Positions 6,429-15,598 of a stretch of 46,096 nucleotides of DNA are shown one piece after another. The notes beneath the pieces are model-generated. The model was not told where the DNA came from, made no database searches, and worked only from the letters and a program-made list of their open reading frames with translations. Origin of the DNA: an uncultured Candidatus Saccharibacteria bacterium. GTDB taxonomy: Bacteria > Patescibacteriota > Minisyncoccia > Phycocordibacterales > UBA9973. The number at the start of each line of letters is the position of its first letter. Position 1 is the first letter of the stretch. Both the position numbers and the translations under genes were made by a program. Location: the NCBI GenBank assembly GCA_964554645.1, contig CAZKPK010000004.1, forward strand, positions 1 through 46,096. Reading direction: 5' to 3'.

Positions 6429-8843
6429 TCAATACGGCGCAACTGCCCGATAGAATATCGTCGGGTAGTTCGTCGAGTCTTGGTCGAAGAAGCGAACTGC
6501 TCCATTCGTATTTACCAAGGTGATGATGTCCGTCCAATTCACCAAATTGGTCGATGATTGGATGCGGTATTCGAAGCCTGCTTCTCCTACCAATTCGTAC
6601 ACTAATGCTCCGTTGGCTGTGCTTCCCGCTAGAGACAGCGAGAACGGCTGGCTTACGCCGACTTGGTTAAGAACAACATTCGTTACTGTTACTACGGACT
6701 GGATGTTCGTAAACGGGTCTAGACGGAATCCCAGAATGTGACTGCTGTTTGCTGTCGCATTCGGGAATTGAAACATGTAATGATTCGTGTTAACAACCCG
6801 TTCGTCAATCAACCCGATGATTTGCTCGTCCCACAGAACCGATAGCAGTCCTTGCGCTCCATCGACACTTGTGAACTTAGCGTCGAAAGAAACCACATTG
6901 ACCGGATTGGTGTTAGAAACGACCATCGCAAGCCACACCAGCGATCCGCTAGATAGTTTGAGTGCGTCAAGCCATTTTTGAATCGTACCAGTGTCGCTCT
7001 GGATTGTCGGTGATTGAGTGAAGTCAATCAGCGTATCCACCCATGCTGGCGGTGTTATCTTGACTTCTGTAAGACACACAGAGTCTGGAGTGCCTAAGAT
7101 GTGAGCTGGATCATTCCCCGGCATATAAATAGCCAAGGTAGGACTCCAATCGCCACCTTCCTTACCTAATGCAAATCCAAACCCTGCGTAATCCGATGTG
7201 ACACCACTGCCTGTGATGGTATTCATGTAGAAGTCTATCGGCCAACCGTGCGATGTGAATGTTTTGATGCAAGGTTCCATCTCGCCAGTTACGGACGAGC
7301 GGAATTTGGTTCCAACATGCTTGTTTGGGTCAAGCGGAGTTACATCCACATTGTAGGCGTGATTGAGAAGACTTTCTGTGACAGGTCCTGATATTATCGT
7401 CTCCGAATCACGCGAGAAGTAATTCTCTGCCCAATCTGCGCCACTTCCATAGTTTGACACCCCTGCATAGTCAGAACCGACAAAGGGGTCAAGAAATGTG
7501 CAGTGAACCGTCGTGCTTGGTGACAAGGCTTTAATCTTTTCTGAAACTGCTTGAATCAAACCTGCTCCAGCGCTGTGAGCAATCAGATGAACATGCGCCC
7601 ATCCTTGTTTCGCAATATGATCTCCCAAAACCTGACCCTCCTGTTTTGCATTGTTGAGTGCATCAGATGGAAAAAACTTTTTTGCACCATCTACCCACTT
7701 ATATCCACAAACTTGCCAACTAATAAGACTGTTAGCTGTTAGATATTGAACTATCGAGTCCAATATTGAATTTACCCATGCTATCGATGAATCAACCGAT
7801 TGAGCCGGCCGTATCCACCCATGCGTAACCAACACCAAGCTATCTTTACCCAACTCTTTCGTCGGATAATCTCCATAGATTGGCTGGACAGGCTGTGTCT
7901 CTATCGCTTGTCTCCATGTGGAAGTCGACGGCAAGACAGAACGGAAACCTAAACGGAAGTCTGCATCCACCGGATAGATTGAGTGGGCACGGACTACTAC
8001 TCGACAACCGAACGCACCATTGTCCCAAGCGCCACCCCGAAACACGCGGATTGAGCCTGAGGCGGGTCCATGAGGGTCAGTTTGCGAATCGCTCGAATAC
8101 TTATCATACCAATCCCAGCACCATTCCCACACATTCCCAGCCATATCGTAAAGTCCGTAACCATTGGCCGCAAAATATCCCACCGGACTGTTGTATGGAT
8201 AAACTATATCATTGAATGTAGGGTGATAACCACGCGTCGGGCTGACGTCGTAGACATCTCTGGTTGCGCTGTAGTAATTCGCCCGACTGTGCGTAATGGT
8301 ATCTGCATCCGACCACGGAAACCGGTGGCCACTACTCGCCCCGCCTCGCGCCGCCTTCTCCCACTCCGCTTCGGTTGGTAGACGAAAACCGGAGTTCCAG
8401 TTCACATACGGTGCTACTTGCCCCGTTTTGTAAACCACCGTTAGTCCAGCATCCATGTAATACGCTGGTGTTTTGCCTTCTTTTTGAGAACGAGCATTAC
8501 ACCATTTAACCACGTCATACCACCTTACACTGTGAATCGGATGATTAGCCGCTTTACCTACGCCGGGATTATCAAAGCTGTAGTTGTTAGCAATCGCCCA
8601 CTGATACACCTCATCCCACAACGCTTTTGTCACTTCATACTTGTCCATGAAAAAACCGCTGACATAGACCGTATGTGTTGGAAGTTCCTCGGGAAGGCCC
8701 TCGCTAAAGGTGTTACCCATCACAAAATTCCCCGGTGGAATCCAACTCATGTTCACTGGTGTCCCTTGTCCATTCATTTCTTCTGTGTTCACTAACAGCA
8801 CTGCGAAAAATAATGCTCTGTATTTTTTTAGTTTTGTTTTCAT
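6429..8843 (-). CDS. Secreted multidomain protein: FGE-sulfatase (SUMF1-like) domain + alpha/beta-hydrolase-like domain + beta-rich C-terminal domain
   Basis: GNVWEWCWDWY and RVFRGGAWDN..FRLGFRSV are FGE-sulfatase motifs. HLIAHSAGAG is a GxSxG-type nucleophile elbow after LVLVTHGW. The likely start is ATG 8843 (MKTKLKKYRALFFAVLLV signal peptide) rather than TTG 8897. GC content is clearly higher than in neighbouring genes. Confidence 0.8.
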   Translation of the reverse strand: MKTKLKKYRALFFAVLLVNTEEMNGQGTPVNMSWIPPGNFVMGNTFSEGLPEELPTHTVYVSGFFMDKYEVTKALWDEVYQWAIANNYSFDNPGVGKAANHPIHSVRWYDVVKWCNARSQKEGKTPAYYMDAGLTVVYKTGQVAPYVNWNSGFRLPTEAEWEKAARGGASSGHRFPWSDADTITHSRANYYSATRDVYDVSPTRGYHPTFNDIVYPYNSPVGYFAANGYGLYDMAGNVWEWCWDWYDKYSSDSQTDPHGPASGSIRVFRGGAWDNGAFGCRVVVRAHSIYPVDADFRLGFRSVLPSTSTWRQAIETQPVQPIYGDYPTKELGKDSLVLVTHGWIRPAQSVDSSIAWVNSILDSIVQYLTANSLISWQVCGYKWVDGAKKFFPSDALNNAKQEGQVLGDHIAKQGWAHVHLIAHSAGAGLIQAVSEKIKALSPSTTVHCTFLDPFVGSDYAGVSNYGSGADWAENYFSRDSETIISGPVTESLLNHAYNVDVTPLDPNKHVGTKFRSSVTGEMEPCIKTFTSHGWPIDFYMNTITGSGVTSDYAGFGFALGKEGGDWSPTLAIYMPGNDPAHILGTPDSVCLTEVKITPPAWVDTLIDFTQSPTIQSDTGTIQKWLDALKLSSGSLVWLAMVVSNTNPVNVVSFDAKFTSVDGAQGLLSVLWDEQIIGLIDERVVNTNHYMFQFPNATANSSHILGFRLDPFTNIQSVVTVTNVVLNQVGVSQPFSLSLAGSTANGALVYELVGEAGFEYRIQSSTNLVNWTDIITLVNTNGAVRFFDQDSTNYPTIFYRAVAPY

Positions 8844-9013
8844 ATTTTCAGGATTTTCAATTTTCAACGTACTTGTTTTTGTTTTAACTTTCAACAAACC
8901 TGCTCACACGAGCGGTTGTTTTGTGTGAAGTATAGTAAATTTAAGTAATTTAAGCGAATCTTGAATACTAGGAATGTAAGACAAGGTTAAACCTTGTCTT
9001 TGTGAATTTATAT

Positions 9014-9895
9014 TTATTTTTTCACCCGGCTGGAAGCCAAGCGGAGCATTATTTCTTGCGCGGCATTTTCGGTGTTGGTGATAATGACAGAAGTATCGTT
9101 CGCTAAAACATACATCATTACTATTTTATTGTCATTATCATAAAGAATGCGCGCGTTTTTGTTTCCTACGATAGCATCTTTAAATTCGGCGGTCAGGAGA
9201 TAGTTCGTTTCCGATGAAATATTTATCCCAAAAAATCCGCGCAAATCGAAGAACATCTTATTTTCCCAAAGGCGCAAGGAATCAAAAACATCCGGCAAAG
9301 AGCGCGCTTTAAGCAAAATAAAAAAGTCTTTTGTTTCAGCCTTCACCACACCCAGCAGAAAATTATCGCTGACAAAAACATCATCGGCGGGCAGATCGGT
9401 CCGAAGCTGGTCGGCTTTGGGCTGAAAATTTCCTTTGATCAACGCTATGAATTTTCTCAAGCCTATTACCTTCTTATCAGAAGTGAGATAAATCCCCTCC
9501 ACTCCTCCATCTTTTACTTTTGTCGCATTGACTGCGTTAAAAACAGTTTGCGCTATTTCTTCCTTTTTCAAATCTTTGACTTCAAAAAAAACACTCTGGT
9601 CATTGAAAATAAGCGGCGTAAATTGTTTTCCTGCCGGGACAACAGAATTATCTTTTTTTGCAGGGATGTAAAAAAACAAAGTAATTAAACCAAGCAAGAT
9701 GCACAACAAACTCACCAGCATAAAAAGCTTGTTTCTTTTTGACTCCGGAGACAGATTCATTTTTTCTATCTCATGCTTTTCTTCTCCCTGAATTATTTTT
9801 TTGACTAGTCCGCTTTTGTCATCTTCAATCACCTTCGCCATATCTTCAGCATAAGTTCGGACAATTTTAGATTTTATTTTAGAATCTTGTTCCAT
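9014..9895 (-). CDS. Hypothetical single-pass membrane protein
   Basis: 293 aa. One TM helix (LFMLVSLLCILLGLITLFFYI). Starts 3 nt after the pnp stop, so probably co-transcribed. Confidence 0.5.
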   Translation of the reverse strand: MEQDSKIKSKIVRTYAEDMAKVIEDDKSGLVKKIIQGEEKHEIEKMNLSPESKRNKLFMLVSLLCILLGLITLFFYIPAKKDNSVVPAGKQFTPLIFNDQSVFFEVKDLKKEEIAQTVFNAVNATKVKDGGVEGIYLTSDKKVIGLRKFIALIKGNFQPKADQLRTDLPADDVFVSDNFLLGVVKAETKDFFILLKARSLPDVFDSLRLWENKMFFDLRGFFGINISSETNYLLTAEFKDAIVGNKNARILYDNDNKIVMMYVLANDTSVIITNTENAAQEIMLRLASSRVKK

Positions 9896-9897
9896 AT

Positions 9898-12060
9898 CTA
9901 TTTATTTCCGCCTGAGACGAATCCACCTTTGGCGGAGAAAAAATCTTTATCCGCCCCCTTGATCGACAGACCGATTCGGCCTTTTTCTCTGTCAACAGAT
10001 ATGACTTTGACGGGCACAATCATTCCTTCCTTTATTATATCGCTAACTCGTTCTACGCGAAACGGCGCCAATTCCGAGATATGCACCATCCCGTCGGTAA
10101 AAGCATTGAGCTGAACAAAAACCCCGAAATCAGCTAATTTTACAACTTTCCCTTTTAACACCTCTCCCACCGCGTATTCATGCGTCATCTCTAAAACTAT
10201 CGACTTGGCTTTCTCAGCCGATTCGCCCTTGCCTGTAAAATACACCGTTCCGTCATCTTCAATAGTTATTTCCGCTCCAGTTTTTTCCTTAATTTCTTTT
10301 ATAGTTTTGCCACCGCCACCGATTATCATTCCGATCATATCCGGCTTAATTTTAATAATCAGTATTTTTGGAGCGTTGGAAGATATATCTTTACGCGGAG
10401 CTGAGATCTCTTTTTCAATTCTGTCTAATATCGACACTCGGGCGCTTTTTGCTTGCCTCATCGCTTCACCTAATATTTTTATTGGCACTCCTTCCACTTT
10501 CACATCAAGCTGGATAGCAGTGACCCCCGCTCTTGTGCCGGCAACTTTAAAGTCCATATCTCCATAATGATCTTCCGGTCCTTGGATGTCGGTTAAAATT
10601 TTGTAGGCGATCTTCTGTCCGCCAGAGGCGGATTTCGTTTCACTCAACATTAGCCCCATCGCTATGCCTGCAACCGGCGTTTTGATCGGCACTCCGCCAT
10701 CCATAAGCGCGAGAGTTGAAGCGCAGATTGAAGCTTGAGAAGTGGATCCGTTTGAAGCCATTGATTCGGAGACCACTCGGATGGTATATGGGAATTCAGT
10801 CAGAGAAGGCAGGACCATTGCGAGCGCTTTTTCAACCAACGCGCCATGACCGACTTCCCGGCGATTGGTGAACCCCGCGCGCCCAACTTCTCCCCCCGAG
10901 TAAGGCGGAAAATTATAATGATGCATAAATCTTTTTTCCATTTTTGTCTGCATGCCATCAACCATATGTCTGTCTTCCGGTCCGCCCAATGTAAGCACCG
11001 AGAGGACATGGGTTCCACCGCGATAAAAAATTCCAGAGCCGTGCAACACAGAAGACACGCCGCCGGCTTGCGCAAAGAGATCGCGAAGTTCGTCCATTTT
11101 TCTGCCGTCTGCTCGCTTATTCTCGTTTATAGCTTTATTATGTAATATGTTATTTTCGGTGTCGTCAAACAGGCTGTCCTCCAAACTAAAATCTTCTCTT
11201 CCCGGATATTTATCCGCAATCATTTTGTTCCAAACACTATGCAGATCATCTATCTTTTTTTTACCCGCTTCGCCAAAGATAGTGTCAGACATTTTGGGTA
11301 AAATATTTTCATTAAAAAGTTTCACCGATTCATCTGATATTTTTTCTTTTTCTATCGCTCTTTTTTCTTTGCCTATTTCAGAAACAATTTTCTTTTGGAA
11401 ATTTTCTAATTTGGCAATTTCTTCACTTGCTCTTTTCAGCGCTTCTTCCAATTCTTCTTCCTTGGTCTGGTGAGCCGACGCCTCAATCATATTGATATTT
11501 CCATTTTTGCCGCACACCGTGAGATCAAATTTATATTTCGAGTCATCTTCCCGCAGACTTTGGGAAGGATTTATTTTCAAATTTTCGTCATTATATTTAC
11601 CAGTACGCACACAGCCAATAGGCCCATTCCAGGGGATATCAGAAACTGCCAACGCCAACGAGGCTGCATTTACGGCCAAAATAGTGGGGTCGTTGTCGTC
11701 AACAGAAATAACTGTCACGATTACCTGCACCGCGTGGCGAATTGCTTGGTCAAAAAGCGGGCGAAGCGTTCGGTCAATCACTCGACTAGCCAAGATGGCG
11801 TCTTCTGACGGTTTGCCCTCGCGCTTGACGAAACGAGAACCGGAAATTTTCCCGGAGGCATAAAATCTTTCTACATAATCAACCGTCAAATTAAAAAATC
11901 CCAGACCATTTTGCTGGTCGTGAGACATACAAACAGTCGCGAGCACTATCGTCTCGCCATATTTCAACATCACCGAGCCATGGGCTTGTTCCGCCAAATC
12001 GGTAAAAATAGCCGTTAACATTTTTCCACCGATCTCCACCCTATATTCTTTTTTTTGCAT
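9898..12060 (-). CDS. pnp: Polyribonucleotide nucleotidyltransferase (PNPase)
   Basis: Two RNase PH-like domains (FTNRREVGHGALVEKAL; GDMDFKVAGT), a KH motif (IGGGGKTIKEIKEKTGAEI) and an S1 domain (GEVLKGKVVKLADFGVFVQL). Confidence 0.97.
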   Translation of the reverse strand: MQKKEYRVEIGGKMLTAIFTDLAEQAHGSVMLKYGETIVLATVCMSHDQQNGLGFFNLTVDYVERFYASGKISGSRFVKREGKPSEDAILASRVIDRTLRPLFDQAIRHAVQVIVTVISVDDNDPTILAVNAASLALAVSDIPWNGPIGCVRTGKYNDENLKINPSQSLREDDSKYKFDLTVCGKNGNINMIEASAHQTKEEELEEALKRASEEIAKLENFQKKIVSEIGKEKRAIEKEKISDESVKLFNENILPKMSDTIFGEAGKKKIDDLHSVWNKMIADKYPGREDFSLEDSLFDDTENNILHNKAINENKRADGRKMDELRDLFAQAGGVSSVLHGSGIFYRGGTHVLSVLTLGGPEDRHMVDGMQTKMEKRFMHHYNFPPYSGGEVGRAGFTNRREVGHGALVEKALAMVLPSLTEFPYTIRVVSESMASNGSTSQASICASTLALMDGGVPIKTPVAGIAMGLMLSETKSASGGQKIAYKILTDIQGPEDHYGDMDFKVAGTRAGVTAIQLDVKVEGVPIKILGEAMRQAKSARVSILDRIEKEISAPRKDISSNAPKILIIKIKPDMIGMIIGGGGKTIKEIKEKTGAEITIEDDGTVYFTGKGESAEKAKSIVLEMTHEYAVGEVLKGKVVKLADFGVFVQLNAFTDGMVHISELAPFRVERVSDIIKEGMIVPVKVISVDREKGRIGLSIKGADKDFFSAKGGFVSGGNK

Positions 12061-12285
12061 TTTTTTGCTTGCCCCGAGCGTAGTCGAGGGGAGTTCGTAT
12101 TCAGACTACAGTGTTGTTCCCGTAAATTGGAACACTACTTTGTGTCTAAAGGCGAACCCGATTAACTAATAAATATAAATAATAGATTTATGTTAGCATT
12201 TTTAGACCGAAATGCAAGAAATTTGGTGTTAATCACAGAAATTTCTAGGTCTCGCCTAGCAATATTACTTTCCGCCCAAGGCGGA

Positions 12286-12801
12286 TCAGCCTCGGGCTGA
12301 CACCCCAATTAAATATTTTCGAGGATTTTCGGAGAGATCCACGAAGTCATCCGCCACTTCGCGAAGCTTGGCGGAAGTGGATTTGCCAAAGGAAATCACT
12401 TCCACTTGCGTCATCGTCTGCAAATATTCCACCAATGGCACAAAATCTCCATCGCCCGAAACGAGCACGATGGTGTCCAGTCGCGGAGCCGTTTTCAGCG
12501 CATCCACCGCCAAGCCGACATCCCAGTCCCCTTTTTTGGTGCCAGTATGAAAAACTTGCAAATCTTTTATTTTTGTTTCAATGCCCAATTTCTCCAGCGC
12601 TTCGAAAAAATTCTTTTCATCTCCGGCTTCGGTCTTGATGACATAAGCCACCGCGCGCACCAGCTTCCGGCCCGCTACCGCATCCTTTAAAACCGCGCCG
12701 AAATTCACCCGCGCTTGATATAAATTCCGAGCCGAATGATATAAATTTTGCGTATCGATAAAAACCCCCACTCTTTGTTCTTTATGTTTTATTACAGTCA
12801 T
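12286..12801 (-). CDS. NYN-domain (LabA/DUF88-like) protein
   Basis: RVGVFIDTQNLYHSARN ... VLVSGDGDFVPLVEYLQ, the typical NYN/LabA signature. Located between rpsO and pnp. Confidence 0.85.
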   Translation of the reverse strand: MTVIKHKEQRVGVFIDTQNLYHSARNLYQARVNFGAVLKDAVAGRKLVRAVAYVIKTEAGDEKNFFEALEKLGIETKIKDLQVFHTGTKKGDWDVGLAVDALKTAPRLDTIVLVSGDGDFVPLVEYLQTMTQVEVISFGKSTSAKLREVADDFVDLSENPRKYLIGVSARG

Positions 12802-12947
12802 ATATATAGTATAACAGATATTAAAATTCGTTGCAGGCGCACTTTTTAGAAAGCCTTGCGCAGGCTGGCGAGCCGAGCAGTTCGCTGGCGTAGCAACGCC
12901 AGATAGATTGCTTTATAAAAAGTCGTGCCAAGAAAGAATTTTAATAC

Positions 12948-13211
12948 TTAAACAAGTTCAATTTTCTTCATCAAAGCATTGTAACGAGACTTGCTTGTCT
13001 TTTCTAAATATTTTAAATGGGTGCGCCTATCTGCCACCATCTTGATGAGACCCCGGCGAGAATGATTGTCTTTTTTGTGTTTCTTTAAATGCTTCGCCAA
13101 TTCATCAATGGCGGCAGAAATAATGGCTACCTGCACCTCCGGAGAGCCTGTATCTTTATCATGAACTTGATTTTTCTTAATAATCACCTGCTTTTTCTTG
13201 GTTGCTAACAT
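12948..13211 (-). CDS. rpsO: 30S ribosomal protein S15
   Basis: MLATKKKQVI..GSPEVQVAIISAAIDELAKHLKKHKKDNHSRRGLIKMVADRRTHLKYL. The internal ATG at 13211 gives the canonical 87 aa; the tracked 106-aa start is unlikely. Confidence 0.95.
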   Translation of the reverse strand: MLATKKKQVIIKKNQVHDKDTGSPEVQVAIISAAIDELAKHLKKHKKDNHSRRGLIKMVADRRTHLKYLEKTSKSRYNALMKKIELV

Positions 13212-13236
13212 ACTCGTGATATTAGCATAAAACAGG

Positions 13237-13242
13237 TATAAT
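13237..13242 (+). promoter_or_regulatory. -10 box TATAAT 6 nt upstream of ATG 13249 (leaderless-type)
   Basis: ggtataat tgcaat ATG. Confidence 0.45.
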
Positions 13243-13248
13243 TGCAAT

Positions 13249-14175
13249 ATGTCCCTGAAACAGCTCAAAACTCAATTTTTGGAATATATGGAAATAGAAA
13301 AGGGCCGGGCTCTTCGAACTGTCGAAAATTACGACCATTATTTGACGGTATTTCTGGAACAGACAAAAATCACTGACCCGAAAGACATAACAGACGACAA
13401 AATCCGGAACTTTCGTATTTGGCTCAACCGCCAATCGACTGGAAACAACCGCGCCACGGGAGATACGATAAAAAAGAAAACGCAGAATTATTATTTGATT
13501 GCTCTTCGGACTTTTCTTAAATTTCTGGCAAAAAGAAACATTACTTCCCTTCCCGCTGATCACATAGAACTCGCAAAAATCGGCGAAAGACAAATTGATG
13601 TCATTTCGCAAGAAGAATTGAAAAGGCTTTTAGATGCTCCAAATGGAGAAAAGAATTTGGAGAGAAGATCTCGCGATAAGGCAATTTTAGAAATGCTTTT
13701 TTCCACTGGCTTGCGCGTTTCAGAACTTTGCTCGCTTAAAAATGACTTGGATTGGCGTTTAGACGAATTTCCGATTCGCGGGAAAGGCGGAAAAGTGCGA
13801 GTCGTTTTCTTGTCGAAAGAAGCCAAAAAGGCGGTGAAAGATTATTTGGCTTTGAGAAAAGATATGTCGGACGCCCTTTTTGTAAAAATCCCAGAGGTCA
13901 GACCTATGGGAAAACTGACCTCAGAGGCTCTCACTCGCCGTTCAATTGAAAGAATTGTAAAAAGATACGCCACTATTGCGGGCATCTCTAAAAAAGTGAC
14001 TCCGCATGTGATTCGACATTGCTTTGCGACCGACTTATTGAGTAACGGCGCAGACATTCGTTCCGTCCAAGCCATGCTCGGCCATGCCAACATCGGCACG
14101 ACCCAAATCTATACGCACGTCACAGATAAACACTTGCGCGACATACACAAAAAATTCCATAATAAGAAACAATAA
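13249..14175 (+). CDS. Tyrosine recombinase, XerC/XerD family
   Basis: N-terminal SAM-like core-binding domain. Catalytic region GLRVSELCSL, HVIRHCFATDLL, GHANIGTTQIYTHV. Confidence 0.9.
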   Translation: MSLKQLKTQFLEYMEIEKGRALRTVENYDHYLTVFLEQTKITDPKDITDDKIRNFRIWLNRQSTGNNRATGDTIKKKTQNYYLIALRTFLKFLAKRNITSLPADHIELAKIGERQIDVISQEELKRLLDAPNGEKNLERRSRDKAILEMLFSTGLRVSELCSLKNDLDWRLDEFPIRGKGGKVRVVFLSKEAKKAVKDYLALRKDMSDALFVKIPEVRPMGKLTSEALTRRSIERIVKRYATIAGISKKVTPHVIRHCFATDLLSNGADIRSVQAMLGHANIGTTQIYTHVTDKHLRDIHKKFHNKKQ

Positions 14176-14943
14176 ATGAAAATCATCAGTTGGAACACAA
14201 ATGGTTTGCGGGCGACGGTAAAGCAAGGATTTTTTACTCCCCTGTTCAAAGATGAGAAGCCGGATATTTTGTGCCTGCAAGAAACCAAAGCCACGCCAGA
14301 ACAGCTGGAAGAGGAAACACGAAATGTCCCCGGATATTTTTCTTTTTTTTCCTATCCTGAAATTAAAAAAGGCTACAGTGGAGTGGCAATTTATTCAAAA
14401 GAAAAACCAAAAGAAGTTTTTTACGGTGTGGGAATAAAAAAGTTGGATGATGAAGGCCGTTTGCTTGGCGCCAAATACAAAGATTTTACTTTAATAAATG
14501 TGTATTTTCCAAACGGCGGTCAAGGACCGGAAAGATTAAAATATAAATTGGATTTCTATGACGCTTTTTTAAAGTTTATCCTGAAATTGCGAAGGAATGG
14601 AGAAAATGTAATTTTTTGTGGAGATGTGAACACCGCGCATACAGCTATCGATTTAGCTCGGCCAAAAGAAAATGAAGAAAATACGGGATTCTTGCCCATT
14701 GAACGCGCTTGGATTGATAAATTAATAAAAAATAATTTTTTAGATGTGTGGAGATACTTTAATCCAAATAAAATAGAGACCTATACTTATTGGGATATGA
14801 AAACGCGAGCTCGAGACAGAAACATCGGCTGGCGCATTGATTATTTTTTTGCAGATGAAAAAATATTGCAAAAAATAAAAAATGCTGAAATGCTCACTAA
14901 TTACATGGGTTCTGACCACTGTCCTATCACGCTTGAAATATAA
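14176..14943 (+). CDS. xthA: Exodeoxyribonuclease III (AP endonuclease)
   Basis: MKIISWNTNGLRA, CLQETK, GDVNTAH, GWRIDYFF, GSDHCPITLEI. Confidence 0.93.
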   Translation: MKIISWNTNGLRATVKQGFFTPLFKDEKPDILCLQETKATPEQLEEETRNVPGYFSFFSYPEIKKGYSGVAIYSKEKPKEVFYGVGIKKLDDEGRLLGAKYKDFTLINVYFPNGGQGPERLKYKLDFYDAFLKFILKLRRNGENVIFCGDVNTAHTAIDLARPKENEENTGFLPIERAWIDKLIKNNFLDVWRYFNPNKIETYTYWDMKTRARDRNIGWRIDYFFADEKILQKIKNAEMLTNYMGSDHCPITLEI

Positions 14944-14949
14944 ATATGA

Positions 14950-14955
14950 TATAAT
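14950..14955 (+). promoter_or_regulatory. Extended -10 (TGaTATAAT) 7 nt upstream of ATG 14963
   Basis: tgatataat aaagtgt ATG. Confidence 0.45.
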
Positions 14956-14962
14956 AAAGTGT

Positions 14963-15598
14963 ATGAATCACACAAGGTTAGATCAGCTTTCAGACGGAAT
15001 CTTCGCTATCGTGATGACAATCCTCGTTTTTCAGATAAAGTTACCAGATATCTGGGGACCGATAGACAACGCAGGACTTTGGTCGGAAATTGAAAAATTG
15101 CTCCCGGTATTTTTGAGCTATGCTTTGAGTTTTGCTTTGCTCTTCACTTACTGGCGGGCGCATCATTTTTTTGTTTCCATTTACGCGAAAAATGTTGATT
15201 CAACGCTAATAAATATCAACGGGCTATTTTTTATGCTCATAAGTTTGGTTCCCTTTTCAGCGAGCATCCTCGGAGAATTTAGCCGAAACGAATTATCAGT
15301 TATAATCTTCGGCATCCATATCATTTTAATCGGTCTCTGCTTATACTGGATGCGCAGATATGTATTTTTTTCTGAACACATTAAAAATCCGGAAATAAGC
15401 CAACATGAAATCCGCGGTAGCACGGTGCGCACTCTCGCTCCAGTAGTTTTCGCGCTGATTGCCATACCACTCTGTTTTTGGAGTATAAAACTTTCCCTCA
15501 TTTTGTTCACTCTAGCCGTTATTTTCAATCTCTCTTCTTCCAGCACTAAACTTTTTGAGAAAATATTGTCATCTGTGCGTAAAGTGGAAAAAAGTTAA
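14963..15598 (+). CDS. TMEM175/DUF1211-family membrane protein (putative K+ channel)
   Basis: RLDQLSDGIFAIVMTILVFQIKLP is the DUF1211 signature helix. Six predicted TM segments. The start is set at ATG 14963, not 14882, which overlaps xth. Confidence 0.75.
   Translation: MNHTRLDQLSDGIFAIVMTILVFQIKLPDIWGPIDNAGLWSEIEKLLPVFLSYALSFALLFTYWRAHHFFVSIYAKNVDSTLININGLFFMLISLVPFSASILGEFSRNELSVIIFGIHIILIGLCLYWMRRYVFFSEHIKNPEISQHEIRGSTVRTLAPVVFALIAIPLCFWSIKLSLILFTLAVIFNLSSSSTKLFEKILSSVRKVEKS

Noticed and set aside
6557-6569. The fourth copy of the 13-mer, considered as a regulatory site
   Set aside because: It lies inside the coding region of the FGE-domain gene, where it encodes YRIQS. It is reported only as part of the repeat observation, not as a separate regulatory feature.
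10205-11863. Six tracked plus-strand ORFs (10205, 10846, 11147, 11470, 11492) and a minus-strand alternative frame (10800-11075) inside pnp
   Set aside because: They lie antisense to, or out of frame within, a full-length and well-supported PNPase gene. They have low-complexity translations and no start context. They are shadow ORFs.
13222-13611. A 129-aa minus-strand ORF overlapping rpsO upstream and the xerC/D-like gene
   Set aside because: It is antisense to a well-supported recombinase gene and has no recognisable features.
14882-14962. The tracked upstream start of the TMEM175-like gene, and similar long starts at 6005, 4923, 8897, 13268 and 26134
   Set aside because: The extensions overlap neighbouring genes or precede obvious signal or TM N-termini. 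Internal ATGs preceded by TATAAT or purine-rich sequences fit better.
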